IMG/VR virus record: IMGVR_UViG_3300017917_002228
Location: 1-64,000 of that record
DNA length: 64,000 nt
Source of the DNA: a virus
Strand: one strand, 5' to 3'
Shown: positions 47,478 to 56,183 of the stretch, piece after piece
Position numbering within the stretch: the stretch's first letter is position 1
Layout of the letters: each line of letters starts with the position of its first letter
Position numbers and translations under genes: made by a program
Notes under the pieces: generated by a model
What the model was told of the DNA's origin: nothing
Seen by the model: the letters and a program-made list of their open reading frames with translations, nothing else
The model's database searches: none

Positions 47478-48109
47478 TGTGTTCTATCACAGGGTCATTC
47501 TCTAAAGAAGTTGTAGCTGCGCTTGCGCAGCTCAACGCATATCGTGGTCAGCATTCACACTCAGTTTACGTCTTTGAACGTTTTACAAATAGAGTGTTGT
47601 ATGCGCATCGCGATCTAGGCGAACTTAATTTGGAAGATCATAATCTTCCAGATGGTTATATTGTAGTGCATCAACAAGCACCCACTACTGACAATAAGGA
47701 TGAGTCTTCGATTCATCCAGCTCAGATTAACGAAAACCTTTTGTGGCATAATGGTATCGTAAAAGCAGAAGAGATTAAAAATCTACAGAGTGAGTTAGAG
47801 TCTACTATTTCATGGGATACTAAACTAATTCTCCTCAAACTTATGCTATATAATTCAGTAAAGGACATTGATGGTACCTTTAGCTGTTTATGGTATGATG
47901 GAACTAATATGTTCCTATTTCGTAATGAGATTAGTCCAATGTTTATTGACGCGGACGGAAACATTTCTTCTACAAAGTTTCCAGGCTCTGAGCCTATCGA
48001 TCCAAACTTCCTCTGGATTTTTAACCCATCCTATCCTACACTAACAGAATACTTGGAAGAATTTAACACAGTTGAGAACCCTTATTTTTTTGCGGATGAA
48101 CAGAAATGA
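47477..48109 (+). CDS. Stand-alone class II (Ntn) glutamine amidotransferase
   Basis: N-terminal MCSITG; YRG; HP; WHNG; WDT; DGTF; RNEISP. Confidence 0.8.
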   Translation: MCSITGSFSKEVVAALAQLNAYRGQHSHSVYVFERFTNRVLYAHRDLGELNLEDHNLPDGYIVVHQQAPTTDNKDESSIHPAQINENLLWHNGIVKAEEIKNLQSELESTISWDTKLILLKLMLYNSVKDIDGTFSCLWYDGTNMFLFRNEISPMFIDADGNISSTKFPGSEPIDPNFLWIFNPSYPTLTEYLEEFNTVENPYFFADEQK

Positions 48110-48603
48110 TGTTGCATATTATGTCCGGTGAAACTGGATCTACACTTACTGAAGTACAAGAAGAAGATATTCAGCCTAACGCAGTTGATCTTCGTGTTGC
48201 TAAGATCTTTAAAATTAAAGAAGAAGATTTTATTATTGATAATGAAACAAAAACTCATCGTGGTTCAGAAGAGATTCATCCATACCCTTCAGGTATGTGG
48301 TATCTTAAACCAGGTACCTATGAGATTGTGATGGAGAATATTATCCATGTCGGTGAAGACGAAGCTGGTTGGGTTATTACACGATCCACTCTTAATCGTA
48401 ATGGTGTGTTTATTACTTCTGGTCTTTATGATAGTGGTTATCATGGCGTAATGGCTGGCGCTATGCATGTGACTACTGGACCGATGTGGATTAAAAAAGG
48501 AACTCGAGTAGGTCAGTTCCTTCTCTTTAAGTCACAAGCACTAAAGAAGTATGATGGTGATTATGGTATCGGCAAAGCGCACGATCAAAAGTACGGAGTA
48601 TAA
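48106..48603 (+). CDS. dcd: dCTP deaminase/dUTPase family protein
   Basis: IQPNAVDLR; RSTLNRNG; YDSGYHG; YDGDY. Confidence 0.85.
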   Translation: MMLHIMSGETGSTLTEVQEEDIQPNAVDLRVAKIFKIKEEDFIIDNETKTHRGSEEIHPYPSGMWYLKPGTYEIVMENIIHVGEDEAGWVITRSTLNRNGVFITSGLYDSGYHGVMAGAMHVTTGPMWIKKGTRVGQFLLFKSQALKKYDGDYGIGKAHDQKYGV

Positions 48604-48605
48604 TT

Positions 48606-49676
48606 ATGGAAATTAAAATTGATATTGACTCGCTGCGTAAGCGTAAGTTGTTTGTTGCAACACCAATGTATGGTGGTAACTGCAACGGTATGTATACCCG
48701 CTCACTTTGTGATTTGACTGCACTTTGTGTTCGCTATGGTATTGAGATTCGTTCCTACTTTTTGTTTAACGAATCACTCATTACACGCGCACGCAACTAC
48801 TGCGTAGATGAGTTCCTTCGTAGTGATGCAGAACATCTCTTGTTTATCGACTCTGATATTGGATTCAATCCACAAGACGTTATTGCGATGATGGCATTAC
48901 AGACTCCGGAATCTGAATATGATGTTATTGCAGGCCCTTATCCTAAGAAGTGTATCACTTGGGAAAAGATTAAAGCAGCAATTGACAAAGGTGTTGCAGA
49001 TCAAAACCCAAATGTTCTAGAAGACTTTGTCGGTGACTTTGTTTTTAATCCTGCAATGGAACCTGGTGAGACTTCTAAAACAATTCAGCTTGATCAGCCA
49101 GCAGAAGTTCTAGAAGCTGGTACTGGCTTTATGATGATTCGTCGTAAGACATTTGAAAAGTATCTTGCTGCTTATCCTGAAATTCAGTATCGTCCTGATC
49201 ACGTCCGTACAGAAGCATTTGACGGGTCGCGTGAGATCGGAATGTATTTCCAGGCAGAAGTCGATAAGTATAGTCCTGAAAAGGACTATGAAGAAATGCT
49301 TCGTCGTATTCAGAATGGCGGTACAGTTACTGCTAATGAAGCAGCGCTTGCTATTAAGTCAACACGTGATAAGATTCAAGCTTCTACTAAGCGTTATCTT
49401 TCAGAAGATTATCTTTTCTGTCAGAACGTTCGTAAGATGGGTGGTAAGGTCTGGTTGTGTCCGTGGATGCATCTACAGCATGCTGGTACCTACGTCTTTG
49501 CTGGCAAGCTTGCAGCTCTTGCAGCAGTTGGTGCTTCTGCAACAGCAGATGCAGACTTGATTAAGAAGCATCGTGATGCTGGCAGAACACCGCATCCAGC
49601 TATTGCAATACCTAAACCGGTTAAACCAGTAGCACCAAGCTCAGAGCTCTTGAAGAAGTTTAAGACTGTTAAGTGA
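48606..49676 (+). CDS. GT-A fold glycosyltransferase-like protein
   Basis: ATPMYGG; ESLITRARN; LFIDSD; GTGFMMI; LSEDYLFC; LQHAG. Confidence 0.75.
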   Translation: MEIKIDIDSLRKRKLFVATPMYGGNCNGMYTRSLCDLTALCVRYGIEIRSYFLFNESLITRARNYCVDEFLRSDAEHLLFIDSDIGFNPQDVIAMMALQTPESEYDVIAGPYPKKCITWEKIKAAIDKGVADQNPNVLEDFVGDFVFNPAMEPGETSKTIQLDQPAEVLEAGTGFMMIRRKTFEKYLAAYPEIQYRPDHVRTEAFDGSREIGMYFQAEVDKYSPEKDYEEMLRRIQNGGTVTANEAALAIKSTRDKIQASTKRYLSEDYLFCQNVRKMGGKVWLCPWMHLQHAGTYVFAGKLAALAAVGASATADADLIKKHRDAGRTPHPAIAIPKPVKPVAPSSELLKKFKTVK

Positions 49677-49691
49677 TAGGAAATTTATATT

Positions 49692-50339
49692 ATGAAACTA
49701 AGTGAACAAACTATTAATATTCTCAAGAACTTTGCAACCATTAATCCTTCTCTGCTAGTAAAGCCTGGTAACTTTCTTAATACAGTTGCAATTAACCGTA
49801 GCATCTTTGCTAAGTGTAACGTAGAAGAAAAGTTTCCTAAGCAGTTTGCTATCTACGATCTTCCTAAGTTTCTAGGTGTGGTTTCTCTCTTTAAGGAGCC
49901 AGACCTAGAGTTTATGAAGAGCCAGCTACGTATTACTTCTGGTAGACAGTCAGTAAACTTTACCTATGCAGAACCTAATACAATTGTTGCACCTACATCT
50001 GATACGATTAAGTTTCCAACTGCAGATGTAGAGTTTGAACTATCACAGGAAGAACTGCAGCGTCTTATTCGCGCTGCAGGTATTCTTCAGTTACCTCATA
50101 TTGTAGTGACTGGTGATGGCTCAAACGTTAAAGTAGCAGCATCAGATGCAAAGAACCCTACAACAGATACATTTAGCGTTGAAGTAGGTACAACTAATAA
50201 AGAGTTTAGTACTGTGTTTAAAACAGAAAACATTCTTAAGTTGCTTTCTACTAACTATAATGTTAAAATGACAATTAAGGGTCTTGCTCAGTTTACATCT
50301 GATCAAGTTACCTATTTTGTTGCAGCAGAAAAAGTATAA
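49692..50339 (+). CDS. gp45: Sliding clamp gp45
   Basis: MKLSEQTINILKNFATIN; FAIYDL..FL. Confidence 0.93.
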   Translation: MKLSEQTINILKNFATINPSLLVKPGNFLNTVAINRSIFAKCNVEEKFPKQFAIYDLPKFLGVVSLFKEPDLEFMKSQLRITSGRQSVNFTYAEPNTIVAPTSDTIKFPTADVEFELSQEELQRLIRAAGILQLPHIVVTGDGSNVKVAASDAKNPTTDTFSVEVGTTNKEFSTVFKTENILKLLSTNYNVKMTIKGLAQFTSDQVTYFVAAEKV

Positions 50340-50347
50340 GGTGATAA

Positions 50348-51289
50348 ATGGAACACGCAGAATTTCTTTGGGTTGAAAAATATCGCCCAAGAAAGATTGA
50401 AGATTGTATACTCACACCGGAGCTGAAGTCAACCTTCAGCTCTTTTGTTGAGAAGGGTGAGATACCTAATTTGCTTCTGACTGGATCTTCAGGTGTTGGT
50501 AAAACAACAGTTGCACGTGCTATGTTGGATGAAATCGATGCAGATTATATTATTGTTAACGGATCGATGAATGGTAACATTGATACGTTACGTACAGAAA
50601 TTATGCAATTTGCTTCTACAATTTCTTTTAGAGGAAGTAGGAAATATGTCATACTCGACGAAGCTGATTATCTCAATGCCAATTCAACGCAACCCGCCTT
50701 ACGTAATTTCATGGAAGAATTTTCCAGTAACTGCGGGTTCATCCTTACCTGTAACTTCGTCAATCGAATCATTGAACCGCTACACTCCCGTTGCTCTGTC
50801 ATTAACTTCTCTGTCAACAAACAAGAACTTCCGCAACTAGCAGCTCGCTTCTTTAAGCGAGTAGTTAATATTCTTAATGCAGAGAATGTAGAGTTTGACA
50901 AGCAGGTAGTAGCTGAACTTATTAACAAGCATGTGCCTGATTGGCGAAGAGTATTAAACGAACTACAAAGGTATTCACATAATGGAAAGATTGACTCAGG
51001 TATCTTTGTTAACATCGGTGATGAATCGTTTAAGACACTTATCGGCTATCTCAAAGCTAAAAACTTTACAGAGATGCGTAAGTGGGTCGCGGAGAACTCG
51101 GATAGCGATAGTACTGCTTTATTTCGTAAGCTGTATGATAGCGCTTATTTACATGTTAAGCCTAACAGCATTCCACAACTAGTTCTCATTCTCGCAGACT
51201 ACCAATATAAAGATGCGTTTGTAGCTGATAAAGAAATAAATATTGTAGCTGCAATGACGCAGATTATGGTAGATGTTGAGTTTGTTTAA
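50348..51289 (+). CDS. gp44: Clamp loader ATPase gp44
   Basis: WVEKYRP; GVGKTT; ILDEAD; LHSRC. Confidence 0.96.
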   Translation: MEHAEFLWVEKYRPRKIEDCILTPELKSTFSSFVEKGEIPNLLLTGSSGVGKTTVARAMLDEIDADYIIVNGSMNGNIDTLRTEIMQFASTISFRGSRKYVILDEADYLNANSTQPALRNFMEEFSSNCGFILTCNFVNRIIEPLHSRCSVINFSVNKQELPQLAARFFKRVVNILNAENVEFDKQVVAELINKHVPDWRRVLNELQRYSHNGKIDSGIFVNIGDESFKTLIGYLKAKNFTEMRKWVAENSDSDSTALFRKLYDSAYLHVKPNSIPQLVLILADYQYKDAFVADKEINIVAAMTQIMVDVEFV

Positions 51290-51507
51290 TGGCTGGGATA
51301 TCAGAATATACCACTGCAAAAGATACTAAAGTATGTGATGGATGTTCTAAACTGATATATCCAGATGAGACCTACGTTCATTCTAGATTCACACTTAATG
51401 ACCCGGGCAGCAATGTTGTCCGGTTTATTTCTGTTTTTATATGTAATGAATGCTTATTTGACTTTGATGACTTTGCTCACGGTGCTAATAACGAGATAAC
51501 TACATGA
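51289..51507 (+). CDS. Hypothetical Zn-finger protein
   Basis: CDGC...CNEC; coupled to genes on both sides. Confidence 0.55.
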   Translation: MAGISEYTTAKDTKVCDGCSKLIYPDETYVHSRFTLNDPGSNVVRFISVFICNECLFDFDDFAHGANNEITT

Positions 51508-51923
51508 ACCCTTTTGATTATGTTAATGCGATTAATTCTAATAAAGATATTATCAGAAACTCTAATAACCCTGAACTAGCAGAAAAGTTATACCAGCCCT
51601 TTATTATTAATAGAGCGCTATCATATCATATAGATACAATTCTATATGCTAATGAGATGAATATATATTCAGAAATACCCGCTATTATGCAAAATGACTA
51701 TTACCTAAATAGTATACGTCCAAAAAAGAGATATGCTAAGTGGCATAAAAAATTGCAGGATGAAGCTATTGAGGTAATACAAGAGTTTTATGGCGTTAGT
51801 ATGGCAAAAGCATTAGATATATATAAAGTGCTAACAGAAGATCAGATAGACGCCATAAAACAGAAAATATTTAAAGGCGGGAATAATGTTCAATATCAGT
51901 CAATTAGTAGAAGTAAGACTTAA
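51504..51923 (+). CDS. gp62: Clamp loader subunit gp62
   Basis: PFDYVNAIN; Y.PFIINRALS; ANEMN; KKRYAKW. Confidence 0.92.
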   Translation: MNPFDYVNAINSNKDIIRNSNNPELAEKLYQPFIINRALSYHIDTILYANEMNIYSEIPAIMQNDYYLNSIRPKKRYAKWHKKLQDEAIEVIQEFYGVSMAKALDIYKVLTEDQIDAIKQKIFKGGNNVQYQSISRSKT

Positions 51924-52281
51924 AAATACAGAAGACTTCTTGAAAATAAGAGAAACCCTTTCTCGTATAGGTCTTGCATCTAAAAAAGATAATACTCTAT
52001 ATCAATCATGCCACATCCTGCATAAACAGGGTAAGTATTATATTGTGCACTTTAAAGAGCTGTTTATGCTCGATGGTAAAGAATCTAATTTCTCAGAAGG
52101 CGATATCGCTAGACGTAATAGAATTGCTAACCTTCTTGAAGAGTGGGAACTACTAGAAGTAGTTGATCCACAGAAGATACAAGAACCACAATCACCACTT
52201 AATCAGATTAAGATTATACCATTTAGAGACAAGAACAAGTGGAATCTAGTTACAAAGTATACTATAGGTAACAAATATTAA
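51886..52281 (+). CDS. regA: Translational repressor RegA
   Basis: DFLKIRETLSRIG; LYQSCHILHKQGKYYIVHFKELF. Confidence 0.96.
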   Translation: MFNISQLVEVRLKNTEDFLKIRETLSRIGLASKKDNTLYQSCHILHKQGKYYIVHFKELFMLDGKESNFSEGDIARRNRIANLLEEWELLEVVDPQKIQEPQSPLNQIKIIPFRDKNKWNLVTKYTIGNKY

Positions 52282-52406
52282 AAACTATAGTATTCTCAAT
52301 AGTTTCAATACTTTAAGTCCTTGGAAAACAAGGACTTTTTTTTGTGAAGAAAACTGTTGCTTTAATTATAAAAACACCGTATTCTGTTATTATGAAAACA
52401 AAGGAC

Positions 52407-52682
52407 ATGATGATGAAATCGAAGATTGTGCCGTGCAATGTACCTGGTAAACACCGTACAGGTACTCTCGATGATATGAATGTTAAAGCGATTAGTGAAG
52501 TGCTCGGTTTCGCTCCTAACGTAAAAGATGATGAAGATAAGGTGAAATACTCCTGGGGCTTCACATACGAAGGTATTCCGTGCGGCATCTGGGACTATAA
52601 AGGTTCGAGCGAGTTCGGAGCATTCTCTACTTTCGGGCCTGATATTGTGTTCGAAAAGCTTTTTCCTCACAACTACGTCTGA
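52407..52682 (+). CDS. Hypothetical early protein
   Basis: Promoter at 52357; AAGGA RBS; DDEDKVKYSW..IWDYK. Confidence 0.65.
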   Translation: MMMKSKIVPCNVPGKHRTGTLDDMNVKAISEVLGFAPNVKDDEDKVKYSWGFTYEGIPCGIWDYKGSSEFGAFSTFGPDIVFEKLFPHNYV

Positions 52683-52743
52683 GTTGCTTTAATTAAAAAA
52701 GCAGCGTATAATCTTATTATTGAAACAGTGAAAGGAACGTAAC

Positions 52744-53679
52744 ATGGCTCATATGATAGAAACGATGGCCTACGCCGGTGAAACTCCCTGGCACGGCCTT
52801 GGTAAGCGAGTGATTAGCGATCTGACTCCTGCTCAGATGCTTGTAGAAGCTCAACTTGATTGGACTGTTGAAAAGCGTCCGTTGAGCTTTATTAAGAATG
52901 ACGGTACAATGGAAATGTCTGAGAGTTCAGCACTTGTGCGCTCTTCTGACGAATCAGTACTCTCGGTGGTGAGCAATGACTGGAATCCTGTCCAAAATGA
53001 AACTGCCTTTGAGTTCTTCCATGACTTCGTTATGGCAGGCGATATGGAAATGCACACCGCAGGATCAATCCGAGATGGTAAAAACGTCTGGGCTCTCGCA
53101 AAAGTTAAAGACAGTTTTGAAATTCTCGGTGGTGATCGTGTTGATTCCTATCTTCTTTTTAGTAATCCTCATGAGTACGGCAAATGCATTGATATTCGGT
53201 TTACTCCGATTCGCGTTGTATGTAATAACACTCTTACTCTTGCTCTTGGTAATCGCTCTGATCTTATGGTACGGCTTAATCATCGTCGGGAGTTTGATAG
53301 TGCTATGGTGAAGCAGACTCTCGGTATTGCTCAGACTAAGATGGGTAATTACAAAGAGATGGCTGAGTTTCTTTCATCTCGTCAGTATACTGATCAGACT
53401 GTTGTTGAATATCTCAAGGAAGTGTTTCCTTCTGCTTCTAAGAAAGATGCAAAGCTTTCACGTCCTGCAGAAACTGCATTCAGCGTTCTCGAGACGCAAC
53501 CAGGTAACGAGTTCGGTAAGAACAGCTGGTGGCAAGCTTTCAATGCAGTAACCTACTCGACCGATCATTTGCTCGGTCGTTCTCAAGAGACTCGTTTGCA
53601 GAGCTCCTGGTACGGTGTTAACCGCCAGAAGAAACTTGCAGCTCTTGAGAAGGCAGTCGAATACGCTGAGGCTGCTTAA
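52744..53679 (+). CDS. DUF932/DUF945 family phage/plasmid protein
   Basis: ETPWHGLG; VQN..AF.FF; TAGSI..GK.VW; TPIRVVCNNTL. Confidence 0.88.
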   Translation: MAHMIETMAYAGETPWHGLGKRVISDLTPAQMLVEAQLDWTVEKRPLSFIKNDGTMEMSESSALVRSSDESVLSVVSNDWNPVQNETAFEFFHDFVMAGDMEMHTAGSIRDGKNVWALAKVKDSFEILGGDRVDSYLLFSNPHEYGKCIDIRFTPIRVVCNNTLTLALGNRSDLMVRLNHRREFDSAMVKQTLGIAQTKMGNYKEMAEFLSSRQYTDQTVVEYLKEVFPSASKKDAKLSRPAETAFSVLETQPGNEFGKNSWWQAFNAVTYSTDHLLGRSQETRLQSSWYGVNRQKKLAALEKAVEYAEAA

Positions 53680-53681
53680 TA

Positions 53682-53702
53682 GAGGGGGCTACGGCCCCTT
53701 CT
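53682..53702 (+). terminator. Terminator-like hairpin
   Basis: gagggggc-tacg-gccccttc. Confidence 0.7.
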
Positions 53703-53742
53703 CACTTGCTTTTATATTCTCTCCAGCTATAATAGGTGAATC

Positions 53743-53970
53743 ATGCATTGGAACCATCGTGTAATGAAGGGTACTACAGAATCGGGTGAAACCTACTACT
53801 CTATTCATGAGGTTTATTACGATTTAGAAGAGCCTGGTAATAAAGGATGGACCAATAATCCAGTTGAAGCAGTTGGTGAATCGCTAGAAGAGCTCCGTGA
53901 AAGTCTTAAACGTATGCTCGAAGCTACCTATACGCCAATTTTAGATTATGAAACTGGTAAAGAAATATGA
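53743..53970 (+). CDS. Hypothetical protein
   Basis: WNHRV...IHEVYYD; own promoter. Confidence 0.7.
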   Translation: MHWNHRVMKGTTESGETYYSIHEVYYDLEEPGNKGWTNNPVEAVGESLEELRESLKRMLEATYTPILDYETGKEI

Positions 53971-54025
53971 AGCACCCTTCCTCGTCTAAATATGATTATG
54001 AAACACCCGGTGATGGAGAGATGCA

Positions 54026-54211
54026 ATGGACTGTGATACTCGTGTTTACTATGGTTTTGTTGTTGGTATGGGCGCTGCTATAACAGTCTTTTGGCCTATC
54101 CTAGCACTTCTAGTGCTCGGGTTTACACGTAAACGGCCTTTTGAAGCTGAGCGTGAAACTATTATTCGTAATATGAATGAGGCTATGGGTATTAAAAATG
54201 GCAAGCGTTGA
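54026..54211 (+). CDS. Small membrane protein
   Basis: GGAG RBS; one hydrophobic segment. Confidence 0.5.
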   Translation: MDCDTRVYYGFVVGMGAAITVFWPILALLVLGFTRKRPFEAERETIIRNMNEAMGIKNGKR

Positions 54212-54398
54212 TCATCTCCCTATCGGAGAACCTATGACACAATTTTCTCGTCTTGATGTTAAGTATAAGCAGCTTCTTCAAGAATATTATGATGCAGAGT
54301 TTGAGGACAATAAAGAAAAAATCCATACGCTTCGCCAACAGCTAGATACACTAGAACTAAGAATGCAGCTTGGCGAAGAGTATGAGGTTCCTTTCTAA
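54198..54398 (+). CDS. Hypothetical protein
   Basis: Operon packing. Confidence 0.6.
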   Translation: MASVDHLPIGEPMTQFSRLDVKYKQLLQEYYDAEFEDNKEKIHTLRQQLDTLELRMQLGEEYEVPF

Positions 54399-54676
54399 TG
54401 GCTAATGAAGAATTGTTTCAGAGGGCGAGTAGCTTAAAGGTGAAGCCGGCCGCTCATAACGGTCTGAGTGTAGGTTCGAGTCCTACCTCGCCCACCAGCT
54501 TTCCTAATTCAGTTAACGATCAGATTACAGATGCTGTGACACAATCACAGATTACTGATTCAGTTACACTTGAAAGAGAAAAGCCAAAACTTAAAGACAT
54601 AATTACTTTACTAATTATTAACCCTATCGCAGTTATTGCAATTATAGGAATAGTGCTCTATCATTTTTTTGGTTGA
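54398..54676 (+). CDS. ORF spanning a tRNA gene, with RebB-like motif and C-terminal TM helix
   Basis: TAATG coupling; GAGG RBS; FPNSVNDQITDAVTQ. Confidence 0.45.
   Translation: MANEELFQRASSLKVKPAAHNGLSVGSSPTSPTSFPNSVNDQITDAVTQSQITDSVTLEREKPKLKDIITLLIINPIAVIAIIGIVLYHFFG
54423..54497 (+). tRNA. tRNA with CAU anticodon, most likely tRNA-Ile2 (lysidine type)
   Basis: gggcgag/ctcgccc-A-CCA; arm ggccg-ct-CAT-aa-cggtc resembles bacterial Ile2; no initiator features. Confidence 0.85.
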
Positions 54677-54727
54677 TTTTCATTTAATAAGTTCGTATAA
54701 TATGAACACTAGATGAGGAGACTGAAA

Positions 54728-54925
54728 ATGTCGTACTACCCTGGTTCTTATAAGTATGTCGTCGAGTTTGAAAAGGTACTCAAAAAAGGAGTACTGAACG
54801 GTCTTACTGTTAAAGATCGTTTACACTTTGTAAATGAAAAAGATGCTCGACGTTGGGTAAGAGATGTGCAAGCGTTCGATAGGAACTCACAGTATACTAA
54901 CTTTGAAGTTAAGGCTGTGGCTTAG
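54728..54925 (+). CDS. Hypothetical early protein
   Basis: Promoter at 54673; GAGGAG RBS. Confidence 0.65.
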   Translation: MSYYPGSYKYVVEFEKVLKKGVLNGLTVKDRLHFVNEKDARRWVRDVQAFDRNSQYTNFEVKAVA

Positions 54926-55287
54926 TCCCGGCCTTTTTCATTTGCTACAAAGTTAGTAGGAGCAGGTTTGTTATATCTTGGCTTAATAGTCTCTTCTTCA
55001 TACAATCTATACTTCTCGAGGTTTTCCTTACCTCTAGACCAAGAAGTAACACCTAGAATAGCTCCCATAGCCATATGAAATACACCACCGCCTCCTAAAG
55101 TAAGAGGCTGCCATTCACCAAATTTAGCCACATCTTTTGTATAGTAAGCATACCATGCATAGAAGAGTGGTCCTAGTATAAAATCAAATACACAGATACC
55201 CATATACATCCATGCCATAGTAGGACGCCATATTCTACTAAACCAAGGTTCTTCGCTAGGCAACATAACTTTTTTGGGGTCTGACAT
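54922..55287 (-). CDS. Holin, 3TM GTA-type family
   Basis: WRP.MAW.Y..IC.FDF; WQPLTL.GGG.FH.AMGAILG; CATAAATA late box upstream on the minus strand. Confidence 0.75.
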   Translation of the reverse strand: MSDPKKVMLPSEEPWFSRIWRPTMAWMYMGICVFDFILGPLFYAWYAYYTKDVAKFGEWQPLTLGGGGVFHMAMGAILGVTSWSRGKENLEKYRLYEEETIKPRYNKPAPTNFVANEKGRD

Positions 55288-55324
55288 ATTGATTTCTCAT
55301 AGCTAACGACACATATATATTTAT

Positions 55325-55378
55325 GTCAGTGCCTAATGGGCTGACTAATCAAACCTTGCTTAATAGGAGGACTATATG
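55325..55378 (+). promoter_or_regulatory. ROSE-like RNA thermometer in the hsp20 leader
   Basis: CCUUGCU-uaau-AGGAGG hairpin with bulged G over the SD; upstream gtcag/ctgac hairpin. Confidence 0.65.
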
Positions 55379-55909
55379 AACTGGAAAGTTTCTGATACTG
55401 CATTTAATCCTTTTGGCGACCTAGCCAAGCTCGACAAGTACTTTGTTGGTTTCGAAGATCTACATAACCGTCTAACAAAGTCAGTCACAGAATATACAAA
55501 AAATGTAACAAACTATCCTCCATACAATATCGTCAAGACAGACGAGAATAAGTATGTGATTGAGATGGCTGTTGCAGGTTTTGGTAAACACAATCTTGAA
55601 CTAGAACTCAATGATGGTGTACTTACCATTGTAGGCAATACAACAGTAAGCGATCTAGTCAAAGAAGGACTAGAGAATGCTTATATCTATAAAGGTATTG
55701 CTGACCGCTCTTTCACCCGCAAGTTTACACTTGCAGATACCGTTGAAATTAAGAACGCTGAATTGATCAACGGCATGCTTCGCGTATGGCTAGAGAATAT
55801 TATTCCGGATTCGAAAAAGCCAAAGAAGATCAATATTAACGATTCTACGGACGATTCGAATCCTCCGTATTCAAATCCGCAATTCCTAGCAGAAAAAAAA
55901 AGTAAGTAA
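55376..55909 (+). CDS. Small heat-shock protein (Hsp20/IbpA-like)
   Basis: NYPPYNI; IEMAVAGF; KGIADRSFTRKFTLA; NGML. Confidence 0.95.
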   Translation: MNWKVSDTAFNPFGDLAKLDKYFVGFEDLHNRLTKSVTEYTKNVTNYPPYNIVKTDENKYVIEMAVAGFGKHNLELELNDGVLTIVGNTTVSDLVKEGLENAYIYKGIADRSFTRKFTLADTVEIKNAELINGMLRVWLENIIPDSKKPKKININDSTDDSNPPYSNPQFLAEKKSK

Positions 55910-55913
55910 TAAA

Positions 55914-56084
55914 ATGACAAAAATTCTAAAGAAAGTGCAGAGAACAATCTCTGCACGCAAAAACTATTTGGCTACTATCCATGAACTAAATCGTCTAAGT
56001 GATAGAGAACTTAACGATATTGGTATTCATAGATGTGATATTGAATTCGTTGCTCGTAAGTTCGCAAAGAAGAATGCAGCATGA
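55914..56084 (+). CDS. DUF1127 (YjiS-like) small protein (not in ORF track)
   Basis: ELNRLSDRELNDIGIHRCDI signature. Confidence 0.85.
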   Translation: MTKILKKVQRTISARKNYLATIHELNRLSDRELNDIGIHRCDIEFVARKFAKKNAA

Positions 56085-56182
56085 TAGCATTCTTTAAAAA
56101 GATTTACGAAGCATTAATCGAAGCACAGGAACTCAGAGTCAAAATGTTTATGCAAAATAGACATTGGCCAACAGGAGAATAA
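56081..56182 (+). CDS. 33-aa peptide MIAFFKKIYEALIEAQELRVKMFMQNRHWPTGE
   Basis: ATGA-coupled to the DUF1127 gene. Confidence 0.5.
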   Translation: MIAFFKKIYEALIEAQELRVKMFMQNRHWPTGE

Positions 56183-56183
56183 A

